DNA of 24,129 nt from the IMG/VR virus record IMGVR_UViG_3300010362_000103, positions 1-24,129 of that record; one strand, 5' to 3'. The notes below the pieces were generated by a model. It ran no database searches. It was not told where the DNA came from and saw only the letters and a program-made list of their open reading frames with translations. The position numbers and the translations under genes were made by a program. The stretch comes from a virus (lineage: Duplodnaviria; Caudoviricetes). The stretch's first letter is position 1, and each line of letters opens with the position of its first letter. Below, piece by piece: positions 1 to 5,811 of the stretch.

Positions 1-342
1 TGGCTCAAGGTTCTCGGAGGCGACGAGAAGGTTGTGGGCATGGCGGGAGCCGGCGATTTCGGCCGGTGACTTCTCCCATCCCTTGCTATTCCCACCTCCG
101 CCGGATCCACCGCCGCCTTTCGAGGCGAGGCGGAACCGCCACTTGCCGCCCTTCTCATAGAATTCGCCGTCCAGCGCTTCGCCGACGACCGGGTCCTTCG
201 GGTCCTTTTTGCCCCATTCGGCCTTGAAGTCGGAGCCGTTGCGTTCGAAGACCACCGGGAAGAAGGTGAGGTTGACCTTGCCATCGGGGCTCGACCAGGC
301 GCGCCCAGGCTCGAAGGACTTGACGACGACCTGCTCACTCAT
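1..342 (-). CDS. Hypothetical protein, possibly a phage single-stranded DNA-binding protein (3' end truncated by window edge)
   Basis: Not in the ORF track. ATG at 342 overlaps the upstream TGA (ATGA). Translation MSEQVVVKSFEPGRAWSSPDGKVNLTFFPVVFERNGSDFKAEWGKKDPKDPVVGEALDGEFYEKGGKWRFRLASKGGGGSGGGGNSKGWEKSPAEIAGSRHAH... is open to base 1. A beta-rich aromatic domain followed by a Gly linker is SSB-like (inference). Confidence 0.6.
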   Translation of the reverse strand, partial: MSEQVVVKSFEPGRAWSSPDGKVNLTFFPVVFERNGSDFKAEWGKKDPKDPVVGEALDGEFYEKGGKWRFRLASKGGGGSGGGGNSKGWEKSPAEIAGSRHAHNLLVASENLEP

Positions 343-638
343 CTAGGCATCAGTCCTTCTTCGAGGAATTCGAGTGCGAGTTCCAACTTGAGCGCCCGGT
401 CCCGAGCTCCGCACTCATTCGCCCGCTCGATGTAGCCGCGGATGGTCCGCTTGCAGGCGGCCAGTTCGTGAATCGCCTCGATGTGGTCGCTGACAACCTG
501 CAGGGTTCGATCGAAGGTCTGTCGAGTGAGCTGATCGGCTGTGCGCTGGCGCTCGAGCTCGAAGTTGTTAATCGACTCGCCCTCATCGGGCACAGCCCTC
601 AGGTGGCGCTCGACCATCGGCCTGCGGAAGCCGCTCAT
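339..638 (-). CDS. Hypothetical phage protein (99 aa, helical)
   Basis: ORF coupled by overlapping stop/start codons to both neighbours (638 and 339-342). Confidence 0.7.
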   Translation of the reverse strand: MSGFRRPMVERHLRAVPDEGESINNFELERQRTADQLTRQTFDRTLQVVSDHIEAIHELAACKRTIRGYIERANECGARDRALKLELALEFLEEGLMPR

Positions 639-865
639 CAGAGCCGCTCCTTGCCGGTCGGGTGCTCAATAAAGGGGCCGCGGCTACCGCCGATCACCCG
701 CAGGTCGGGCGGAAGCTCGGAGCGGTAGGAGGCCTCCCGATGCTGGCGCTGATAGGTAATGCGGGCGATGCCGACCGCCAGAACGGCGAGGTCGGTGACC
801 AGGACCGAGATCAGGATCGTCCAGGCGATCCAGCCGAGGTCGGGGATCCCGAGCAGGGCGGTCAT
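638..865 (-). CDS. Small membrane protein (75 aa)
   Basis: ATG at 865 overlaps the upstream TGA at 862-864. Hydrophobic segment LGWIAWTILISVLVTDLAVLAVGIA. Confidence 0.7.
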   Translation of the reverse strand: MTALLGIPDLGWIAWTILISVLVTDLAVLAVGIARITYQRQHREASYRSELPPDLRVIGGSRGPFIEHPTGKERL

Positions 866-1389
866 GTGAGCCCGCGCTCCTTCCGCCACCAGTAATTCTG
901 TTCGCGCCGGCAGGTCCGGCAGCCCTTTCGGAACTCGGGTCCGTAGGTGTTCTCCGGGATCAGCTCATGGCCATTGGGGCAATGGGTCTCAGGGCCGAGC
1001 GCCCGTTCGGCCGCCGCGAGCTTCGCGAGCAGGTCTCCGGAGCGCTCCCGGACCTCCTGCTCGGCGAGGCGCTCGGCCTCTGCACCGGCTCCTTCGAGCT
1101 CCTCCACCAGCGCCGCAAGCTGGCCCTGATCGAAGCTGACGGCCTCGACCATCGAGCCCCGTTTGCCGATTATCGCGACCTGGATCGCTTCGCCATTTAG
1201 GCAAACGCGAACAAGGACTTTGCGCCCATCGGTAGTAGCGACCTCCCGCTCCAACCGAGGGAATGCTGACGCCTGGCTGATGCGTGGCGAAGGTCGCTGG
1301 CCGAATGTCTGCCGATTTCGCTTCTCCGCACTTTGCGGAGATTTGACGGTTATGTCCCCTCGCTGCGCAAAAAAAGAGGCGGTCGTCAC
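862..1389 (-). CDS. Hypothetical protein with C-terminal zinc-finger motif of the kind attached to actinophage HNH proteins; start uncertain (GTG 1389 or TTG 1254)
   Basis: C-terminal THCPNGH...ENTY...CRTC motif. The GTG at 1389 overlaps the RHH stop and follows AAGGAGG, but lies inside a terminator-like hairpin. Confidence 0.65.
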   Translation of the reverse strand: MTTASFFAQRGDITVKSPQSAEKRNRQTFGQRPSPRISQASAFPRLEREVATTDGRKVLVRVCLNGEAIQVAIIGKRGSMVEAVSFDQGQLAALVEELEGAGAEAERLAEQEVRERSGDLLAKLAAAERALGPETHCPNGHELIPENTYGPEFRKGCRTCRREQNYWWRKERGLT

Positions 1390-1406
1390 GACTTCGCCCC
1401 CTCCTT
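1369..1406 (-). terminator. Intrinsic terminator/attenuator at the end of the RHH gene
   Basis: Minus strand AAGGAGGGGGCG-AA-GTCG-TGA-CGAC-CGCCTC-TTTTTTT: a GC stem followed by 7 T. Confidence 0.6.
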
Positions 1407-1559
1407 CGTGGCCTCACGACTGAGGTGCTCTTCGATCGCGATGCCGGCCTGGTGGGACATCGCCCGCCGCTCCCGCACCGCCAGCTCTTTGAGTTGCCGG
1501 TGGGTCTCCGGTGAGAGATTGACCAAGATGGCTTTGCTCCGGTCGGCATCTGCAGCCAT
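1386..1559 (-). CDS. Ribbon-helix-helix (Arc/CopG-like) DNA-binding protein, 57 aa
   Basis: Not in the ORF track. MAADADRSKAILVNLSPETHRQLKELAVRERRAMSHQAGIAIEEHLSREATKEGAKS has an alternating beta strand (AILVNL), helix A (PETHRQLKELA), an R-x-M-S turn and helix B (AIEEHL). Confidence 0.8.
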   Translation of the reverse strand: MAADADRSKAILVNLSPETHRQLKELAVRERRAMSHQAGIAIEEHLSREATKEGAKS

Positions 1560-1565
1560 GACCAA

Positions 1566-1596
1566 AGACTAAAGCATCGCTAGGACAGAATGTCAA
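1566..1596 (-). promoter_or_regulatory. Sigma70/SigA-type promoter, probably giving a leaderless RHH mRNA
   Basis: Perfect TTGACA (1596-1591). The -10 is either TAGTCT (1571-1566, 19-nt spacer, 6 nt before the ATG) or TTTAGT with a 17-nt spacer and TG extension. No SD precedes the ATG at 1559. Confidence 0.65.
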
Positions 1597-1599
1597 GCA

Positions 1600-1637
1600 A
1601 AGAAAAAAGCCCCCACCGCAAATTGCGATGAGGGCTT
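1600..1637 (-). terminator. Intrinsic terminator ending the late/lysis transcript
   Basis: Minus strand AAGCCCTCATCGCA-ATT-TGCGGTGGGGGCTT-TTTTCTTT: a long stem with G-U pairs plus a T-tract, about 40 nt after the Rpf-like stop. Confidence 0.85.
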
Positions 1638-1675
1638 CTCGTAACTCTTGCGTCGGCAAGGGCATCACCTCTTCC

Positions 1676-2239
1676 TCAGAATGGATGAGGCTCGCCGTCC
1701 GATTTGCATTCCCAGGCGCCTTCGCCGTAGCGATCCCAGCCGACCGCTGCGGCCAGATCCTGGGTGCGCTTGGAGTATTCACCGGCATGGCCCCCCAGTC
1801 CGCCCGACCATTCATGCCAGGCCGGGTCCAGGATCGAGTAGTAGCCATAGGTGAAGTTGATCCCGCTCGACTCGCAGATCACCATCGGATACGGGATCGC
1901 CCACCATTTGCCACCGCCATAGAACGGCGTTACTCGCTCGCGGAAGAGGTAGATCCTGCGGCGGCTGTTGTAGCGATGCTTGCCTCGCTCCCAGCTCCGC
2001 TTCATGGCCCGGCGGTGGCCCGGGCCGGCGGCGCATCGGAGCTTACGTTTTCGAGCCTTCCAGGTCGACCGCGGAGGTGATCCCCGGTGGAGATCGACAT
2101 CCCAGACCCTCTGACTCCAGGTCCGGAAGTGGCTCGCGGTTACAGCTCGCCCGCATTGACTGACGGACGTATGTGGGTGGGCGCTCGGCGCGATGAAGGC
2201 AGCGCTGATCGCCGCTATGAGTAACGGCTTCGAGAGGAC
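1676..2239 (-). CDS. Secreted Rpf-like (resuscitation-promoting factor/lysozyme-like) transglycosylase; start codon uncertain
   Basis: C-terminal WAIPYPMVICESSG...GYYSILDPAWHEWSGG...AGEYSKRTQDLAAAVGWDRYGEGAWEC matches the Rpf pattern (CES with catalytic Glu, W..GG, Q..A, G..AW.C). The frame stays open upstream of the ATG at 2005 to 2302 and encodes a signal-peptide-like VLSKPLLIAAISAAFIAPSAHP from 2239. Confidence 0.75.
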   Translation of the reverse strand, partial: VLSKPLLIAAISAAFIAPSAHPHTSVSQCGRAVTASHFRTWSQRVWDVDLHRGSPPRSTWKARKRKLRCAAGPGHRRAMKRSWERGKHRYNSRRRIYLFRERVTPFYGGGKWWAIPYPMVICESSGINFTYGYYSILDPAWHEWSGGLGGHAGEYSKRTQDLAAAVGWDRYGEGAWECKSDGEPHPF

Positions 2240-2349
2240 AGATCCCCCTTGGTCGTTTACAGGGCGCCCGATCGGGGCATCCAGGAAGCAGGAGGGGCGA
2301 CCTCAGCAGCGGTTCGTCACTGCGAATAGCCTGCGGGTCGCCCCAAGCT

Positions 2350-2649
2350 CTAAGGCCAGTCGGATTCGGGGATCCAGTCGATGCGCTGGCCCCTGACGCA
2401 GGCCAGCCACCGAGCTCCCCCCACCGGAAGCAGAATCTCCTTCATCGCCTCCCGGTCGGGCTTGCGGAATCCCTCATATGGGTTCTTCCGGCACTTGACC
2501 TCGATCAGCCAGGTGAGACCGTCGCCACGAACGGCGAGCAGATCGCCCGGGCCCGGGATGTGTCGGCGCGAGCCGACGAGGAAGCCTTTGGCCTCCAGGT
2601 CCTTGACGACCAGGCGCTCGGCCGCCGAGCCTTTACTTACGGCGTTCAC
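2350..2649 (-). CDS. Hjc-like Holliday junction resolvase / PD-(D/E)XK nuclease
   Basis: KG..AER....LEAKGFLV ... DLLAVR ... LIEVK motifs typical of the Hjc family. Confidence 0.8.
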   Translation of the reverse strand: MNAVSKGSAAERLVVKDLEAKGFLVGSRRHIPGPGDLLAVRGDGLTWLIEVKCRKNPYEGFRKPDREAMKEILLPVGGARWLACVRGQRIDWIPESDWP

Positions 2650-2818
2650 GGCCCTTTACCGGCGTGACCAGTTCTCGCTGCAGATAGGTGATCGCGGCGA
2701 TCGCGAGCAGGCCGGGCCAGCCGATCAGGTCCTGCTCGATCGCAGCTGCGACCGCGACCTGGCAGACGCCGAGGAAGACGACCGGGTTTCGATACAGGAT
2801 CTTGGCGACGGTTGCCAA
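2633..2818 (-). CDS. Putative holin (61 aa)
   Basis: Two hydrophobic segments, an R..VTP motif like actinophage holins and a basic C-terminus. It lies directly after the endolysin, with SD GGAGG before a TTG start. Confidence 0.7.
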   Translation of the reverse strand: MATVAKILYRNPVVFLGVCQVAVAAAIEQDLIGWPGLLAIAAITYLQRELVTPVKGRERRK

Positions 2819-2868
2819 TGACTTACCTCCGGTAAGTAGCTATACAGGGTGAAGCGGCGGGAAGATCC

Positions 2869-3387
2869 TCAGAGGCCCAGGGCCTTGTCGAAGTTGCGGT
2901 GGATCGGGAATTCCTTGATCCGCTGCTCCGGGCTCAGCCCCATCCCCCGCCCCGGCGTGAACCACGAGGGCCCGCCGCCCGAGCTCGGGTTATCGGAGCC
3001 GCCACACTGGACCCAGCGATACTTCGTCTTTCCGAAGTGCCAGGGGCGGGGACGCTTGCGCATCCGGCAGATCACGTGTTCATCACCGGGCGGGTTCTTG
3101 ATGAAGAGCGTGAAGACGGTGCTCGTGCCTTTCTGCCCTTCCCCAGCCAGGCTCCAGGTCGAGCCTGTCGGGCTCTTGAGATTGATCCCGGCGACCGCGC
3201 AGAGATACTGCGCAAGGCCACTGCAATCGCTCCATCCCTGGCCCGCCGAGCTCGGCGGGATCATCGCGCCGCCGTGGCGAGCGCCTCCCCAGAGATAGAT
3301 CAGCCGCATTCGCTGCAGGCGAGATGCCGCCTTCTCCATCCGACGGATCCGTTTCCTGGTCCCTGCGGACAGGGGTTTATTGGCCAT
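2869..3387 (-). CDS. NlpC/P60 (C40)-like peptidoglycan peptidase, probable endolysin
   Basis: YLWGG...DCSGL...EHV catalytic Cys/His motifs; SD GAAAGGAG; adjacent to the holin. Confidence 0.8.
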   Translation of the reverse strand: MANKPLSAGTRKRIRRMEKAASRLQRMRLIYLWGGARHGGAMIPPSSAGQGWSDCSGLAQYLCAVAGINLKSPTGSTWSLAGEGQKGTSTVFTLFIKNPPGDEHVICRMRKRPRPWHFGKTKYRWVQCGGSDNPSSGGGPSWFTPGRGMGLSPEQRIKEFPIHRNFDKALGL

Positions 3388-3407
3388 CGTGGCTCCTTTC
3401 GTGAGGG

Positions 3408-3590
3408 TCAGCGCCGGTGCTTGCGGACCCGCGCTATGCGGTGATCGAGGGTGTCGTTGAAGCCGAAGGCGGCGAGAAGGATCGCCACCGCCACCGTTTC
3501 GGGATCGATCTCATAGGTGCCAGCGCGAAGGTGGAGCTTGATCAGGGCGATCCGCTCAGCCCGGGACGCAGGCGAACGTGCCATCGCCAT
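3408..3590 (-). CDS. FlgM-like anti-sigma-28 factor C-terminal domain peptide
   Basis: [29 protein letters not shown] matches the FlgM C-terminal pattern R.EKV..IK..I..G.Y.VD...IA..L. The ORF fills the gap between the collagen and endolysin genes; no clear SD. Confidence 0.65.
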   Translation of the reverse strand: MAMARSPASRAERIALIKLHLRAGTYEIDPETVAVAILLAAFGFNDTLDHRIARVRKHRR

Positions 3591-4197
3591 TGTCGGTGCA
3601 GATCAAGGTCGTCGGGGTTGGTCCCGGTGGACCTTCCGGTCCTGGTGGACCCTGAGGTCCTGGTGGACCTTCGGGCCCAGGCGGACCCTGTAGACCCATG
3701 CCGCCTTCGGGTCCCTGGGTGCCAGCTTCGCCACGTTCTCCGCGTTCTCCGCGTTCGCCCGCGGTGCCCTGGGCGCCTTGCGCGCCGGCTTCGCCGCGAG
3801 CACCTTCCAGTCCCTGTGGCCCGATCAGCCCAGCGCTCCCCACCGGTCCCGGCGGCCCCCGTTCACCCGGCGGTCCTTGTGGCCCCGGCTTGCCGGGCGG
3901 GCCGGGTTCGCCGAGATGGCCTTCGGTGCCGGGCACCCCCGGGAGGCCGCGTTCGCCGCGCAGGTAGCGGGTGATTTTGCGGACTTTGTGCTGGGCCCGC
4001 TGGGCTTTGCGGGTCGCATGTTTGCCGATCGTCTTCGCCTTCTGGGCTTCATGCTTGGCCTGTTGTGTTTCGGCGGTTTCGGTGTTGCGCTGCGAGCGCA
4101 GTGCGAGCGCCAGGCCGACTAGGCCGATCAGGACGACCACGACCAGCCCAGCCAGGATCGCCTTCTCACGCGTGCTCAGCTTGACCTTCGGTTTCAT
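3556..4197 (-). CDS. Membrane-anchored collagen triple-helix repeat protein
   Basis: N-terminal TM ([21 protein letters not shown]), basic helical region, 38 uninterrupted G-X-Y triplets, C-terminal C-x9-C motif. Confidence 0.9.
   Translation of the reverse strand: MKPKVKLSTREKAILAGLVVVVLIGLVGLALALRSQRNTETAETQQAKHEAQKAKTIGKHATRKAQRAQHKVRKITRYLRGERGLPGVPGTEGHLGEPGPPGKPGPQGPPGERGPPGPVGSAGLIGPQGLEGARGEAGAQGAQGTAGERGERGERGEAGTQGPEGGMGLQGPPGPEGPPGPQGPPGPEGPPGPTPTTLICTDNGDGTFACVPG
3616..3957 (-). repeat. Collagen G-X-Y coding repeat (includes GER x3 and GPPGP[EQ] repeats)
   Basis: 9- and 18-nt periodicity is visible, e.g. ggtggacc units at 3626-3690 and cgttctccg units at 3734-3757. Confidence 0.9.
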
Positions 4198-4493
4198 GTG
4201 CCCACCCCATTGGCGAAGGCGATGATCAGACCGATGATCAGCGTCGCGGACAGGGTCCCGAGTGCGCCCCAGAAGCCGACTTTGGTCCTGATCATCACCA
4301 GCTCTTCACGGATCACGTCGATCGCCTCCCAGATCTCCTTGTCGCCCTCCTGGCGCTCGTCGTCAAGGCGCTCGAGGTCATCGCGCATGTGCCCAAAGCG
4401 CCGGTCGGTCGACGAGCGGTCCTGGTTGACCTGCCCTTTCCACTCGGCATATTCCTGTCGGAGTCGGTCTGTTTCGGGGTCACGGTTCACCAT
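4194..4493 (-). CDS. Coiled-coil protein with C-terminal transmembrane helix (holin-like/lysis accessory)
   Basis: Charged heptad region then [23 protein letters not shown]. It is the first gene of the lysis-type region and its stop overlaps the collagen ATG. Start ATG 4493 (TTG 4499 possible). Confidence 0.7.
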   Translation of the reverse strand: MVNRDPETDRLRQEYAEWKGQVNQDRSSTDRRFGHMRDDLERLDDERQEGDKEIWEAIDVIREELVMIRTKVGFWGALGTLSATLIIGLIIAFANGVGT

Positions 4494-4690
4494 GCCCAAC
4501 CCCGTGGCGCTCTCGGATCGCGGCTGAGGGCCTCCATCGCATGAGCGCCTCCTTTCTGATCAGTTCTGACAGCGAAAATTCGGTAGGACTTTCGCGGAGA
4601 GGGTGAAGAGCGGTGCTACCTTTGACCCACGTAAATGCCCCGGCAACGCGGTCAGGCGTCCCGGGGCCGGCCATCAGGAGGTAAGTCCCG

Positions 4691-5272
4691 ATGACAGACC
4701 CAGTGAATCAGACTCCCCCGCCGGGTTTCTATGAAGACAGCTCTGGAGCGCGGCGCTGGTGGAATGGCAGCGAATGGGGTGAGCAGCGTGTCGAATCGCC
4801 GCCTGATGACATCGGCATCGGCAGCAAGATCCTGATCGTCCTCTTCCCCATCCCGGCCCTCTTCATCGGCTTCCTGATGGGAGCCTTTGGTCATCGCCAC
4901 ACCTGGAAGGTCGTGCGGCTGGCGCTGATCGTGACCGTGATCGAGGTAGTGTTGGGATTCGTGTTCGCCATTGCCGCCGGCTCGAGCGAAGCCTCGCAGC
5001 CAGAAGGACTAAAGCGAGGGCCGACCATTCGTAAGCACCTCGCTGAGGTAGTGGTTCTCCACACACTTCACGACAACCGACGGTGGAGAACCCGCGAGTG
5101 GGGCTTTATCAACTGCGACCACGGGCGCGTGAATCGCGTCAATTGGAGGTGCCGGATCGGGTGGCGCAACGGCCTGCGGCAGGTCTGGTGTGGCTACGCG
5201 CTCGTTACAGGAGAACGGTTCGGCGAACGGCAGCCTTGGTATCGCACTACCTGGAATGCGAGGTTGTGCTGA
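4691..5272 (+). CDS. DUF2510-like domain membrane protein
   Basis: N-terminal PPPGFYEDSSGARRWWNGSEW matches the DUF2510 pattern (PAGWYPDP...RYWDG..W). Two TM segments and an Arg/Trp/Cys-rich C-terminal domain follow. SD AGGAGG at 4677-4682. Confidence 0.8.
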   Translation: MTDPVNQTPPPGFYEDSSGARRWWNGSEWGEQRVESPPDDIGIGSKILIVLFPIPALFIGFLMGAFGHRHTWKVVRLALIVTVIEVVLGFVFAIAAGSSEASQPEGLKRGPTIRKHLAEVVVLHTLHDNRRWRTREWGFINCDHGRVNRVNWRCRIGWRNGLRQVWCGYALVTGERFGERQPWYRTTWNARLC

Positions 5273-5811
5273 TGAAACGCCTCCTTCTCATCGCGGTGAT
5301 GCTGGGTCTCGTCATAGCCAGCGATGCCCAGGCCGCCGACACAGTGCCGCCAAACCTTGCCCCGGCCTATGATCAGGCGCTGGCCTTCTGGGGCATCGCT
5401 TCGGTTCCGGGCTGCGAAGTGACAGTTGAAGAAGTTGCTTTCGATCTTCCAGCCGAGGGTGTCTCATATGGGTGCCACATGACCCATGCTGAATCGGACA
5501 CCGGATTCATCCGCATCCATCCGACTGATTCCACGCCAGCATGTCTTGTGGCCGAAACCATCGCGCACGAGATGGGGCATCTGCTCGGCTATGAACACTC
5601 CGCCGACCGCGATTCGATTATGTATCCGAGCGGGTCGCGGCTGACTCCGTTCTGCTCATCCGAACAGGCCGCCTATTGGGAAGGGCGGGCGGACCGTGAA
5701 GCAGAACGCTGCCGACACCGCCGGCGCGGGCATCGGTCCCCCTGCTGGGAACAGGCGCGATCGATGCGGGGGGAAGCGGCGCGGCTCTGGGCTGTTTCGT
5801 CTATCCGATAA
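5272..5811 (+). CDS. Secreted matrixin-family (metzincin, M10-like) zinc metalloprotease
   Basis: Signal peptide MKRLLLIAVMLGLVIASDAQA starting at ATG 5272, which overlaps the upstream TGA. HEMGHLLGYEH is HExxHxxGxxH and SIMYP is the Met-turn. Confidence 0.88.
   Translation: MKRLLLIAVMLGLVIASDAQAADTVPPNLAPAYDQALAFWGIASVPGCEVTVEEVAFDLPAEGVSYGCHMTHAESDTGFIRIHPTDSTPACLVAETIAHEMGHLLGYEHSADRDSIMYPSGSRLTPFCSSEQAAYWEGRADREAERCRHRRRGHRSPCWEQARSMRGEAARLWAVSSIR

Noticed and set aside
989-1848. ORFs 989-1549 and 1414-1848 on the minus strand
   Set aside because: They have low-complexity translations and run across the RHH gene, promoter and terminators, which explain the region better.
2243-2349. c-di-AMP (ydaO) riboswitch, hammerhead or HDV-like ribozyme upstream of the Rpf-like gene
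   Set aside because: The conserved cores (GCUGAAUC...GGGGAACC...CAGCUAAC; CUGANGA/GAAA; HDV P4 and J4/2) are not present. Kept only as an unclassified structured leader.
3616-3957. Short tandem repeats as CRISPR array or diversity-generating element
   Set aside because: The periodicity is explained by collagen G-X-Y codons; no spacer structure, cas gene or reverse transcriptase is in the window.
2846-4613. Shared AGGGTGAAG motif in two intergenic regions (2846-2854 and 4600-4608) as a late promoter/operator
   Set aside because: The same 9-mer also occurs inside coding sequence (near 6992 and 19151), so chance cannot be excluded.
4543-4690. Sigma-28 promoter (TAAA-N15-GCCGATAA) linked to the FlgM-like gene
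   Set aside because: No convincing match with correct spacing was found by eye on either strand.
5083-5271. N-terminal extension of the metalloprotease ORF
   Set aside because: It overlaps the DUF2510-like gene; the signal peptide starts at the coupled ATG 5272.
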